NCBI GenBank assembly: GCA_977017645.1
Contig: OZ360236.1
Span: 6,138,001 to 6,202,000 of the forward strand
Direction of reading: 5' to 3'
Length of the DNA: 64,000 nucleotides
Origin: Torpedo marmorata
Lineage: Eukaryota
How positions within the stretch are numbered: position 1 is the first letter of the stretch; each line of letters starts with the position of its first letter. Both the position numbers and the translations under genes were made by a program. Below the pieces are notes generated by a model, which had not been told where the DNA came from, ran no database searches, and was given only the letters and a program-made list of their open reading frames with translations. This document shows positions 11,867 through 24,715 of the stretch, one piece after another.

Positions 11867-13328
11867 CAAGGCGTCAGGCCCTGACAGCGTACCTGGCAGG
11901 GTACTGAAAATCTGCGCCAACCAACTAGCCGGAGTGTTTACGGACATTTTCAACCTCTCATTGCAGCAGTCAGAGGTTCCCACCTGCTTCAAAAGGGCAT
12001 CAATCCAAGAAGAGTAGTGTGAGTTGCTTCAACGACTACCGCCCAGTAGCACTAACATCTACTGTGATGAAATGCTTTGAGAGGCTGGTCATGGCCAGAA
12101 TTAACACGTACCTAAGCAAAGATTTAGACCCACTGCAATTCGCCTATCGTCACAATCACTCCACAGCAGATGCAATATCGCTGGCTCTCCACTCAGCTCT
12201 GGATCACCTCGAAAACAGCAATTCATACATACTGCTGCTCTTCATCGACTACAGCTCGGCCTTCAATACCATTATTCCCTCAGTGCTGGTCAAAAAGCTA
12301 CAAACTCTAGGCCTCTGTACCCCACTCTGCAACTGAATCCTTGACGTTCTCATCGGAAAACCACAGTCAGTACGAATTGGAAACAACGTCTCCTCCTCAC
12401 TGATTATCAACTCAGGCGCATCCCAAGGATGCGTGCTTGGCCCACTGCTCTACTCGTTATACACCCATGTATGTTTGGCCAGGCACAATTCCAATGCCAT
12501 CTACAAGTTTGCCAATGACACCACAGTTGTCGGCAGAATCACAAACGGCAATGAGGAAGCGTACAGGAGGGAGATAGATCAGCTCGTTGAAAGGTGTAAC
12601 GACAACAACCTTGCGCTCAACCTCAGCAAAACCAAGGAAATGATTGTGGACTTCAGGAGGAAGTCAGGGGAACACGACCCAGTCCTCATCGAGGGCTCAG
12701 TAGTGGAGAGGGTCAAGAACTTCAAATTCCTGGGTATCAACATCTCCGAGGATCTGTCCTGGAGACTCCATGTTGATGCAATCACAAAGAAGGCACGCCA
12801 GCGGCTATACTTTGTGAGGTGTCTGAGGAGATTAGGTATGTCACCGAAGATTCGTAAACTTCTACAGGTGTACCGTGGAGAGCATTGTGGCTGGTTGCAT
12901 CACTGCCTGGTACGGAGGCGCCAACTCCCAGGACAAGAATAAACTCCAGAGCGTTGTTAACTCGGCCTGTGACATCACAGGCACAAGACTTTATTCCATC
13001 GAGGACATGACGGTGTCTTAAAAAAGCAGCCTCTATCCTCAAAGACCCCCACCACCCAGGCCATGACCTCTTCACTCTGCTACCATCGGAAAAAAGGTAC
13101 AGGAGCCTAAAGACGAGCACTCAACGGCACAAGGACAGCTTCTTCCCCGCTGCCATCAGATTCCTGAATAATCAATGAACCAAAGACACTGCCTTACTTT
13201 TCGTGTACTATTATTATTTTTTTTATATAGTAATGTCATAAGATGGTTATAATATGAATGTTTGCACTATGATGCTACCGCAAAACACCGAATTTCATGA
13301 CGTTCATGACAATAAATTCTGATTCTGA
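11867..13328 (+). mobile_element. Rex1/Babar-type LINE, 5'-truncated and disrupted
   Basis: [35 protein letters not shown]; tail AATAAATTCTGATTCTGA. Confidence 0.88.
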
Positions 13329-13499
13329 CATCAGACTCAGTTGACTATGATAGTTTATCTCTGCATTTGGGACTTCTTGATGTAAGGAGTACAGGCATTT
13401 ATGGTTTGAGCATCACTGCCAAGTAGTAGATTTGTACGTCCTGAAAATGGGAAATTCAGACCAACTCCTCTACGTCAACCTAGATTAGGGAGATCAAAT

Positions 13500-14115
13500 G
13501 CAGATTGGAGAATCACTTCTCTCCATCTGCCGCAGCAGCCAGTATCTCCCAGTGGCCAGCTACTTTAATTTCATTTCCCGTTCCCATACGTAAATGTCTG
13601 TATGGGAACGGGAAGTGGCACATGGCCGCCTGTACTGCCAGGTTGAGGAAACATGCAAAGTGGATGAACAGCACCTTGTATTCCGTATTCGCAGTCTCCA
13701 ACTAGATGATATCAACATCGACTTCTCCAATTTTTGGTATTCTCTCTCCTTTTTCACAACCTCCCCTTCCCTGCTTTCCCTATTTCTCTTGCCCTATTTC
13801 TCTTCTTTCCTTCTCTTCCCCTCCCCCCTCTGTACCTGCCTGTCACCCACACCTATCAGTGTGCATCTTCCTCAGCTTCATATCACCTAGCTATCCAACT
13901 TTTTATTCCTAATTCTTCCCCCTCCCACCTGTATTCACTTGTCACCTGCCAGCCTGTGCTCCTCTTCCAAACCCCCCATCTTTTTCGGGCATCTTACCTG
14001 GCTCCATCAGGAATCTTGCTATTCCTGGTGAAGGGTTTTGGCCTGTAACATTGACTATCCATTGGCTTCCATGGATGTTGCCTGACCGCTGAGTTCCTCC
14101 CACATTTTGGGAGTT
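13500..14115 (+). mobile_element. Degraded Penelope-like 3' fragment (GIY-YIG end and pLTR)
   Basis: EQHLVFR..INIDFSNF, pyrimidine-rich tract, pLTR-like motif. Confidence 0.7.
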
Positions 14116-14722
14116 GCCTACGAGAGCTAGTCCCATTTGTGTGTTTGGCCCATACCCTCTAAACCTTTCCTATCATCATACCTGTCTAAATGTCTTTTAA
14201 ACATTGTAGTTCTACCCACCTCTACCACTTTCTTTGGCAGCTCACTCCATATACCTCTGTATGGGGAGAAAATGCTCCTCTGGTCCCCTTTGAACCTTCC
14301 CCTTCCACCTTTAACCTATGTCCTCTACTTTTAGACTCCCCTACCCTGGGGGGTGGGAGGGAACTGCAACCCTTCTTTCCCTTATCTATGCCACCATAGA
14401 TTTATATACCTTGATAAGGTCAGCCTTCCATTTCCTACGTTCCAGGGGAAAAAAGCCCTCCAGTTCTGGTAATGTTCGTCTGAATCTTATCTGCACCCAT
14501 TCCAGCTTCATGACATCCTTCCTATAACTAGGCACCGCAGCATTTGCAGCAACATCTGGTACAGCTGTAATGTGTCATTGCAAATCCACTACTCAGTGTC
14601 CTGACCAATGAAGGCACGTGTGCCAAATGCAAGCCTTACCACCCAGTTTACCTGTGACATTACTTTCGAGGAACAATGTAGTTGTATCCCTAGGTTTCTC
14701 TCTGTTCTACAACCCTCTACAG

Positions 14723-14939
14723 CAGCCATTCTCAACGGGGCCCTTTCCCCCCCGGGGCCAGAGCACATTTAAGTAAAAGCCTTTTTCACCTCGCGTAACA
14801 TTTTTTATGTAGTCGGTAGGTGAGAAATACAGAAGAAACCAAAACTTGACTGCTTCGCAGGGAAGGGGACCCATAAGCTTTGAGCAGAGTCCTTGTGGGG
14901 TGGGGGGGGGCATAGTTGAAAAAAGGTTGAGAATGGCTG
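14723..14939. mobile_element. hAT-type MITE inserted in a CR1 fragment
   Basis: TIR CAGCCATTCTCAAC / GTTGAGAATGGCTG; 8-bp flanks CTCTACAG and GACTACAG; sister copy at 57529-57765. Confidence 0.82.
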
Positions 14940-15654
14940 GACTACAGGGCTTTTCAGAAGGTTTGTTGTGGCCTCCTCTTGAACAGCCAAAGCTTACAGC
15001 TGGATTGTATTGTCAGTGCTGCTCTATGGAAAGCTGTCAAAATTTGAAAGGTGTAACAGTAAAGAAAATGCCAACGTCTTTCCCAATCTGGATGGCATGA
15101 CACTTGAAACTGATGGTGTTGTACAAAATGCAATCGTTGCTTTAATACATCCTGGCCAATATACCGAGTCACCAGAGGAAGAGGATGTGAAACTGGGAAT
15201 GTTTAAGTCACCAAATAGGTCAAAGGCTCCAACCAAACACTTCAAAGGAAACATATAGCCGTGGCTGTTTTTGTGCCTTCCTCCCTACTGTGTTGCAAAG
15301 TTGTCTCCATGTACCCTTGCCTTTCACTTGAGGCTGTATGGGTTCCTGACATTTTCAGCTGGCACTGCTTTGATTTTGATGCTAATAAAAGATGATTGAG
15401 GACAGTTTTGCACAGAAATGCTCTAAGCTGCTTATATGGAAAGTGTAAACTTGCATAAATTTATATGGTAGTAATTCAGCAAAGTATTTCTCAAACTGCT
15501 GCCGTGCAGTTGGAGCTGTAGTTAACACAGCTGGAATCTGCAATGAATTTCTGCCTCAGACTTCATGAAAGTAGCTGGAGCTAACATCTGGGAATTAAAC
15601 AATAAAAGGACCTCGGACCTGTGGATCCGGAGGGCAGGCAAGTTGTCCTTAATC

Positions 15655-17071
15655 CTGTCTATAAGATTCTGAGATGCATAGATAAGGTGGACAGCCAGCG
15701 CCTTTTTCCCAGGGCAGAAATAGCAAACACCAGAGGACATGTGTACAAAGTGAAGGGAGGGAAGTTTAGTGGAGACATCAGGGGTAAGTTTTTTACGCAG
15801 AGAGTTGTGGGTGACTGGAATGCCTTGCCAGGAGCGGTGGTGGAGGCTGAAACATTAGGGGCATTTAAGAGACTCATAGACAGGCACATGGATAGAAGAA
15901 AAATAGAGGGTTATGGGGTAGGGAGGGTTTAGTATTTTTTAAGGAATATATGGGTCGGCATAACATCGAGGGCTGAAGGGCCTGTACTGTGCTGTAGTGT
16001 TCTATGTTCTAAACCTTAAATGACCAATTTTTTTTTGGCCTGTCTTGATTCTTGTTAGTTTGTCAACATTAGGATTGGTACCTTTGCCAAACTTTCTCCA
16101 CCATCACAGTACTGGCGCAGGCAAAGCAAGCTTTGTTTCTTAAAATTGTTGGAGTGACTGAAAACATTGTAGTCACACCTACCAGTGCTTTATGCATTTT
16201 AGAGATCTGCAGCCATTAAAATTTAATTTGTATTCTTGGAGCCAATCAAAGCTTGCAGAGGGATCTGGACCAGCTAGAAAAATGGGCTGCAAAATGGCAG
16301 ATGGAATTTGATGCGAGGTGTAGCACTTTGGAAGGACAAACCAAAGTAGGACATACACTACAAGGTAGGGCACTAGGAAGAGGAATCTGGGAATACAGAT
16401 ATATAATTCCCTGAAAGTGGCGTCGTAGGTAGATAGGGACGTAAAGAGAGCTCTTGGCATGTGCGCCTTCATTAGTATTGAGTATAGGAGTTGGGATGTT
16501 ATAGTGAAATTGTATAAGACATTGATGAGGCCAAGTTTGGAGTATTGTTGCAGATTTGGTCACCTAACTACAGGAAGAATATCAATAAGATTGAAAGAGT
16601 GCAGAGGAGATTACAAGGATGTTGCCAGGACTTGAAGAACTGAGTTACAGGGAAAGGCTAGACAGGTTAGGACTTTATTCCCCGGAGAAGAATGACGGGA
16701 GATTGATAGAGGTACACAAAATTATGATGGGTATAGAATCTATTATATACTATAGATAGAGTAAATGCAAGCAGGCTTTTTTCCACTGAGGTTAGGTGAG
16801 ATAAAAACTAGAGGATATGGGTTAAGTGTGAAAGGGGAAAAGTTTAAGGGAACATTAGAGGGAACTTCTTCATGCAGAGAGTGATGGGAGTGTGGAACGA
16901 GCTGCCAGCTGAATTGGTAAATGCGTGGTCAATTTTGACATTTGAGAAAAATGTGGACAGGTTCATGGACAAGGTGGGTATGGAGGGATATGGTCCAGGT
17001 GCAGGTCATTGCGACCAAGAAGAAGGGCCGAAGGGCCTGTGTCTGTGGTGTTCTCTGTTCTATAGTTCTAT
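15655..17071 (+). mobile_element. Two CR1 3' fragments (about 15655-16010 and 16245-17071)
   Basis: VYKILR..FFTQRVVGDWNALP and QRVMGVWNELP; CR1 tails. Confidence 0.85.
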
Positions 17072-17124
17072 GCATTGTTATTCCCAGATAAATGGCAGTC
17101 AGTAAATGTCCTTTTTTAATTGTT

Positions 17125-17910
17125 TATTGTCAAGATAGTGAAAATCTTTGTTTTGTGTGCTATCCATGCAAGTCAACCCATTCTTAACCACAGGTAGCAC
17201 AAAACAATAAAACAAAGTGAATCGTGTGCTGTCACAAAAACAAATGAGTTGTAAAGTACAGTTAAGCAGTGCAAGGGCATCATCTGTCACTAATGATAGG
17301 TCCGTTTACGACTGTGATAACAGCAGGAAAGAAACTGTCCTTGAATCTGGAGGTACGTGTATCTTCTGCCTGATGGAAGTGCGGAGAAGTGTGTGTGACC
17401 AGGGTGGTATGGGTCCTTTAATTTTGGCAGCTTTCCCAAGACAGCGGGAGGTGTAGACAAGAGTCGATGGCGGGGAGGTTGTTTTTTGTGATGCCTTGAG
17501 TTGCGTTCACAACTCTGCAGTTTCTTGCGGTCTTGGGCTGGGCAGTTCCCAAGCTGTGATATATCCGGATAGGGGCACCTGAAAAAATTGGTAAGAGATC
17601 TTGGAGGCGTGCTGAACTTCCCCAACCTTCTGTGAAAGTGGAGTCGTTGGTGCACCTCCTTGGCTGTAGGTTCAATATGGCTGGACCAGGACAGTTTGTT
17701 GGTTATATTTACTCCGAAGAAGTTGAAGCACTCCACCATCTCCACCTCAGCACCATTGATATAAACAGGGATATGTGCCCCTCCCCCCACCCACCATTTC
17801 CTGAAGCCATTGACCAGCTTCTTTGTTTTACTGGTATTGTGCGAGAGGTTGTTACCCTGACGCCATGCCACTTGACTCTTATCTTCTTCCTGTACTCCAT
17901 CACGTTGTTG
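17125..17910 (-). mobile_element. Older Rex-Babar-type LINE fragment
   Basis: KTKKLV..FFGVNITNKLSWSSHI..HQRLHF. Confidence 0.75.
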
Positions 17911-17964
17911 TTGGAATGAGTATCTAGTGTGATACTAGCAGTTTAAACTGTGCTTGAGCAGAAC

Positions 17965-18775
17965 TTCAAGATTCAATTTATTGTCACAGCAAAAATAAGA
18001 CAGTGTTATATACCACGAAATTTCTTTTTGCCTGCTGCAAGGCAGACAGATTCGCCATCGGCAGAAATTGCCTAAGCGCCTCTAACATTCCTTACAGTCA
18101 GAGAAAGAGAAGCAAAAGAGAGTCCCCCCAGAGTCACCGAGTGTCCATAGATTCGCCTCCAGCGCTTCCGCAGCCACACAGATTCCAGTCCAAACGATCG
18201 GCATCCCGAGCTCCAGATCTGAACCTCCAACACGGTCAGGTCACCCTCGGCACCCCCTCACATCCCGGTTCCGATACCTGGTACTCCTCCAGCCAGTTTG
18301 AGCCAACCTCCAGCAGTACGCAGCCCGTCGTGAGTCCCCCGACAGCAGTCTCCAGCAGCCCACAGCCTCCGCGGGTTCCTCGCCTCGAGTCGCCAGCAGC
18401 CCGCCGCATGCACTGGTCCTTCAGCCTCCGAGCCCCTCACCGGTCCGCCGCTGTGCTCACTGTCCCGTGGGCCGTCTCCTCCGCTTCTCAGACGGGGGTG
18501 ATCTTCCCGTCCACTGGTGCCCTGCTCCAGTCCCCCGCTTCCCCGGAGTCTGCAGCCCCTCGTGGCTGCTGCCGATTAATAGACGCTGTCATCTTGGGCG
18601 CAGACCCCGTGGTCGCGGGATCTCAAATAAAACCACCGTCGGCTCCTTTAACGGGCCGTTCAAAGCCCGTGCGGAACCGACGGCAGTCGACTGGGCGGCT
18701 GGACCCCGCGGGAGCGCTGTATCTCCGCTCCAACGCTCCTCGCGGGTCTGCACCAGCGGCAGCGCCGCCATCTTG
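17965..18775 (-). mobile_element. Non-coding ~800-bp retroposon, copy 1
   Basis: Minus strand starts CAAGATGGCGGCGCTG and ends TGACAATAAATTGAATCTTGAA; homologous to the copies at 23986, 26613 and 40711. Confidence 0.8.
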
Positions 18776-19324
18776 TGGAAGCTCATGGACCATACTTGCG
18801 AGCAACACCTCATTGGGCCGAATCATGTGGTTCTGTGCCATAAGACTTCCAAACTTTGACCATGTTTACATTCTATATCTGCCTAAGTGAACTTGGATTT
18901 GGGTGCATGCCAGGAACAGATTGTATGTAAAGCTTTCTCAGGGTGTCTTTATTGTCATTTATACAGGAATACACAAAATTTATTCACTCTTGTTTGCCCT
19001 GGAAAGGCACACAGAGGTGCCACTAGTCGAGTGCCACTGTCAAAGAGAGAAAGAAAAGCAAAAGAGAGCTTTTCTGGCAGAATAAAAATCTTAAGAAAGG
19101 CAGTGTTGCTGCCTGGGTACAAAATGCAGAAATATTTCCAACATATATCACTTGTCAAAAAAAAGCTGGCTTGTTACCTTGTTTCTGTACGTGGGTGCTT
19201 GCTGTTTAGAAGTTGGCTACTGCATCACGAAAATTATTACATCTCAAAATTAATTTATTTGCCTGTAAAACTCTGGGACTTCATCTGGTTGTAAAATGCC
19301 TGAAGTAATTGTAAGCCTTTATAC

Positions 19325-20945
19325 CAGGGGTGGGCATCCTTTTACCATGCGTGGGCTGGATGGTGTGTCAGGGGTTGAACGGCGGGCCGCACTGATGCTA
19401 CCATAAATGAAATAAATACTGAAACAGACATTATGTAATTTAATGTAATGCCATCTACAAGTTTGCCGATGACACCACAGTTGTTGGCAGAATCACAAAC
19501 GGCAATGAAGAAGTGTACAGGAGGGAGATAGATCAGCTCGTTGAATGGTGTAATGACAACAACCTTGCGCTCAACGTCAGCAAAATCAAGGAGATGATTG
19601 TGGACTTCAGGAGGAAGTCAGGGGAACATGACCCAGTCCTCATCGAGGGCTCAGTAGTGGAGAGGGTCAAGAACTTCAAATTCCTGGGTGTCAACATCTC
19701 CGAGGATCTGTCCTGGAGTCTCCACGTTGATGCAATCACAAAGAAGGCTCGCCAGCGGCTATACTTTGTGAGGTGTTTGAGGAGATTCGGTATGTCACCG
19801 AAGACCCTCGTAAACTTCTACAGGTGTACCGTGGAGAGCATTCTGGCTGGTTGCATCACTGCCTGGTATGGAGGCGCCAACTCTCAGGACAAGAATAAAC
19901 TCCAGAGGGTTGTTAACTCGGCCTGTGACATCACAGGCACCAGACTTCACTCCATCGAGGAGATCTACATGAGGCAGTGTCTTAAAAAAGCATCCTCTGT
20001 CTTCAAAGACCCCCACCACCCAGGCCATGCCCTCTTCACTCTGCTACCATTGGGAAAAAGGTACAGGAGCCTAAAGACGAGCACTCAACGGCACAAGGAC
20101 AGCTTCTTCCCGCTGCCATCAGATTCCTGAATAATCAATGAACCAAAGACACTACCTTACTTTTCGTGCACTATTATTTATTATTTATTATTTATTTATT
20201 TTTATAGTAATGTCGTAAGATGGTTATAATATGAATGTTTGCACTATGATGCTGCCGCAAAACACCGAATTTCATGACTTGTTCATGACAATAAATTCTG
20301 ATTCTGAAAAAAAAAGTTTTCGATTGTCTCTGCTTGAAGTACGTAATGTACAATGAATGAACATAACTGACGATAATTTATCTAAAAACAATCCACAGAA
20401 AATTTTCAAGCAACAAGATCAACCGTATTCCTTCCAAAAAACTACGATGATGCATTTCAAGTCAGGGAAGGCATCTTCAAATCTGGAAATGCACCAAAAA
20501 TCACGAGTTAGTCATTTAAATGACACAATTAAAAAAAACATAAAAGTCAAAAAGGAGAAAAATTAGTCATAATGAAAACAAAATAACTAACCCCATAACA
20601 GACAGCGGCTCAATCAGTGGGAAACTTGATGTTGTTTGTTGTTTGAAAGTATTTCGATATTGGGTGACATAGTTGTGTATGGCAATAGCAAGACATCATC
20701 TAAATGGGCATTAGTCATATTTGTTCTGAAGTGGTTCTTGGTGTACTTCATTTTTGAGAACAGTTGCTCACATATGTATGTACTGCCAAACAGACTGACT
20801 TGACGCCACGCGAATTTGGCGCAACGAGACCCGAATTTGACTTTTTTGCGCTACTTGTGTCGGCGGGTCGGGTGCACATGGTACTTTTGCATTGGGTTGT
20901 GGGCCGGATAAATTTGGGTCACGGGCCGTAGGTTGCACACCCCTG
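19325..20945. mobile_element. hAT non-autonomous transposon with a Rex LINE inserted
   Basis: TIR CAGGGGTG / CACCCCTG and a perfect 8-bp TSD CTTTATAC (19317-19324, 20946-20953). Confidence 0.9.
19446..20307 (+). mobile_element. Rex-Babar LINE 3' fragment
   Basis: YKFADDTT onward, long open ORF2 C-terminus, ATTCTGATTCTGA tail. Confidence 0.9.
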
Positions 20946-21107
20946 CTTTATACAATACTTGGTCGAAAATATGTTTTGTTATCAGGATTTGCTTTTCATC
21001 AAGGAAATAAAAGGGAGGGATATGGTCCGGGTGCAGGTTAATGGGACAAGGCAGAATAATAGTTTGGCACAGGTTGGATGGGCTGAAGGGCTTGTTTCTG
21101 TGCTGCA

Positions 21108-22570
21108 ATACACAAGAGTGCTGGAGAAACACAGCAGGTAACATAGCATCTAGAAGTAAAGAGTGACCAACGTTTCAGACCTGGGCCCTTCGTCAAGGTA
21201 TAAGCAAAAAACAGGCAAGCACCTGAATAATGAGGTGAGGAGGGAAGAAGGGGCAGGGGGAGAAGCACAGGCTTACAGGTAAGAGGTCATAGGTGGATAT
21301 TAGTGGAAGCAGAGGGGAAGGAGGACATCTCTGATGTTCTGGAAGACCTCATCCTGGGAGCAGATGCAACGGGGTGGAGAAATGAATAGAATCCCTAAGG
21401 AGATGGTGTGGAGAGGTGTAGTCGAGGTAACTGTGGGAGTTGGTAGGTTATAGAAAATATCTGTAAAGAGTTTGTCTTCCTAGATGGAGACACAGAGATC
21501 GAGAAAGGGGAAAGTGTTTCCAGAGTTGATGCTTCCCCTCAACTGTCATCAACTCAGCCCTTACCCTAACTTCTATTTCCCGCACAACTGCCTTGGCCCT
21601 CTCAGCCTCGTGATGCAACAAAGACAGGATTACCCTACCACTTCAACAGCCTCTGCATCCAACATATTTCTCCACAATTTCTGCCACCTACAATGTGATT
21701 CCACCACCAGACACGTCTTCCCTTCCCCACTTTCCGCAGGGACCACTCCCTTCGGGACACCCTCGTTCATCATCCCTTCACACTAATCGCTACCTTTGTA
21801 CTTACCCTTGTAACAACAAGAAATGCTACACTTGTGCCCACACCTCCCCCCTCACCGCCATTCGGGCCCCAAACAGTCCTTCAAAGTGAAGCAACACTTC
21901 ACTTGTGAATCTGCAGGGGTCATCTACTGCATTCGGTGCTCCCGTTGTGGTCTCCTCTACATCATAGAGACTGGATGCAGACTGGGTGATCGTTTCATTG
22001 AGCACCTTCGCACTGACCGCTAAAATAATGGACCTTGCAGTGGCCGAACATTTTAATTCCACACACCATTCCCACACTGACATGTCTGCCCATAACCTCA
22101 TGTATTGCCAAACTGAGGCTACCCACAAATCAGAGAAACAACACCTAATGTTCCGTCTGGGCACTCCATCCAGACTACATTAACATCGACTTCTCCAGTT
22201 TCCATAAACCCCTCCCCGAGTCTCTCTCTTTCCCTATCCCTCTGTCTCCTTTCCTCCAGCTCCCCACCCTCTTCCCTCCATTCAGAGAGCTACCCCTTCT
22301 CCATCATCTCAGCTTTTTAAAATTTCTGTTCTCCCACCTATGACGTCTTACCTGTTAGCCTGTGCTTCTCCCCCTGCCACTTTCTCTCTCCTCCCCCCAT
22401 CTTTTTATTCAGACACCTGCCTCCTTTTTGCTCATACCTTGATGAAAAGCTCAGGCCCAAAACGTTGGTTATCCTTTACTTCCCATGGATGCAGCGTGGC
22501 CTGCTGAGTTTCTCCAGTACTTTTGTGTACTGCACAACAATCCGAGCGTCTGCAGACTTTCCTGTTTAAC
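21108..22570 (+). mobile_element. Degraded Penelope-like element with an inverted 5' arm
   Basis: GIY-YIG motif GVIYCIRCSRCGLLYIIETG..RLGDRFIEH; pLTR on + at ~22200-22570 and on - at ~21108-21320. Confidence 0.82.
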
Positions 22571-23324
22571 CCCTGTTATGGTACTATGATAGAAAATAAT
22601 TATTCACCTGTTATCACTGGATGTTGGACCAAAGCTTAAGCCTTTTAGGAGCTATTATTAATACAAAACCATCTAACTACAGAGGTCCTTTAATTTGGAG
22701 TCTTGAGCTTCTGACTCCAAGATATCATCAGCTGCTCTCGTTTAAACATAACACTGGTAATTGAGCTAATTAAATCGTGAATGCAGAAAACATTGATGAT
22801 AACACTATATTTTCATTTCAGTGAAGCCTTCCCCTTACTAGTTTCTTGCAATATTTGTATTGAGTTCCACAAAGCATCCAGTTCCAACGTTTAGAATATA
22901 TTGTCACCATTATTGAATTGTCCTGATCAATTGGTTACCTGCTTACCTGGGAAATTCATTCACTTTTAACAAAAGAGCAATTGAATGATTCTGATGTTGG
23001 TTACAGCATCCTTTTACATGTCTTAAATGCTTTGCTATATATTCCTGCTTTTAAAATTTTTTGGAGAGTACAATTGTTAACTTTTTGTCATTTCATCACA
23101 TCAGAAATGTTTGTGAATTGTCCTTATTTAATTCTGGCCTAGCCAGTAAATTAAGATCGCTATAGATTGTGATCTTGGTTTACTATATAGGTCAGAGGAA
23201 CTTGATATCCTCTTAATAAAACATTTATCTTGGAAGTTTTCATATTTTAGTTTCTTTCATTAACTTCTTTCAATGTATGAATAAAATTTACAACTAACAG
23301 CGCTCTTTTCTCTTTTGCCTCCAG

Positions 23325-23381
23325 GTTACATCGTCAACCTAAACATCTTTTGGCATTTTTATTGGCTGAGTTGGGTACAAG
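23325..23381 (+). CDS. EIF2S2: EIF2S2 coding exon, 57 bp
   Basis: ACTAAC branch point at 23293-23298, pyrimidine tract, ccag| acceptor and |gtaag donor; translates LHRQPKHLLAFLLAELGT(S); phase joins correctly to both neighbours. Confidence 0.97.
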
Positions 23382-23639
23382 GTAAGATGCAAGCTTACAA
23401 AAATCTGTAATGAATTAATCGTAGGAAAAATAATGAAGCCTCTCACCAACTGAAACTTGATAAATAGAGAACCATATCTAAGCTCGAGCCCTTTTCATCT
23501 GTCCTATGCCTGTGCACTATTTTTTTTAGTAAAAAGTTGACTCTGATGAGAAATCTTAGCTTGAAGGAATGAATGAAGCTAATGACAGATCCTGATGATG
23601 TTCTTCACTTAAGAGTCACAGAGTCCCATAGCACGGAAG

Positions 23640-23985
23640 TGCTTCCCTGTCTCCTTCCCTCCTGCTCCCCAACTTCCCTCTATATTTAGAGAGCTATCCC
23701 CTCCCCCTATCACCTCTCAGCTTTTTTTCTCTTCTGCCCTCCCACCCATGTCCACCTATGACCACTTGCCGATGGGCCTGTGCTCCTTCCTCTGCTGGTC
23801 CTTTTCCCTCCCCCCTCCTTTTTATTCAGGCGCCTGCCTGCTTTTTGCTCATACCTTGACGAAGGGCTCAAGTCCGAAACGTTGGTTATGTATCTTTTTT
23901 TCCTATGGACTCTGTGTGACCTGCTGGGTTTCTCCAGTGCTTTTGTCTGTTAAAGTACAATCACTGCGTCTGCAGACTTTCTTGT
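23640..23985 (+). mobile_element. Solo Penelope pLTR
   Basis: Matches pLTRs at 22240-22570; contains TTGACGAAGGGCTCAAGTCCGAAACGTTGGTT. Confidence 0.75.
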
Positions 23986-24715
23986 TTCAAGATCAAGATT
24001 TTTTTTTATTGTTTAAAAAAAAAACCCCAGAAAATGTGATATTCCACGAAATTTCCTTTAGTCTACCATAAGGCAAAGATTCGCTCTCAGCAGAAATTGC
24101 CCAGTGCTCCTTACAATCAAAGAAAGAGAAGCAAAAGAGAGTTCCCCCAGAGTTATTGAGTGTCCATGGATTTGCCTCCAGCACTCCCACAGCCTCTGCT
24201 ACTACACAGCCTTCAGTCCAAACTGCCAGCAACCCGAGCTCCAGAAGCAAACTTCTGACATGATCAGGAAGCCTCCAGCACCCTCTTGCATCCAGGTTCC
24301 GATACCTGGTTCCCCTTCAGCCAGTCTTGAGCCAGTCTCCAGCATCCTGAAGCCTGTGTTGGTTCCTCGCCTCGAGTCACCAACAGCTCACCGCCTGTAT
24401 GTTCTTCAGCCTCAGAGTTCCTCACTGGTCTGCTGCCATGGTCACCGTCCCGTGGGTCGTCTCCTCTGCTTCTCCTTCTCAAACGGGGGTGGTCTCCCCA
24501 TTTTCTGGTGCCCTGCGCCAGTCCTCTGCTTACCCGGAGTCTGCAACTCCACGTGGCCGCTGCCGTACATGGGCCATGTTGGGCCCAGACCCTGAGGTCG
24601 TAGGATTTTATAATAAACCACCGTCGGTTCCTTTAACGGGCCATATAAAGCCTGTACGCAGCCAACGGCAGTCGGACTGGGTTGGACCCTGCAGGGGAGC
24701 GCTGTGTCTCCTTTG
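23986..24715 (-). mobile_element. Non-coding retroposon, copy 2 (5'-truncated)
   Basis: Homologous to 17965-18775. Confidence 0.78.

Noticed and set aside
15010-15258. 82-aa ORF in unique intronic sequence as a hidden exon
   Set aside because: No recognisable homology or convincing splice sites, and the EIF2S2 exons join without it.
18003-18890. 295-aa Ser/Pro-rich ORF, with similar ORFs at 24104, 26717 and 40729
   Set aside because: Antisense frames of the GC-rich retroposon; the frames are not conserved between copies.
22790-23620. TGATGA motifs as intronic C/D snoRNAs
   Set aside because: No properly spaced D box with a terminal stem was found by eye; a snoRNA scan would be needed.
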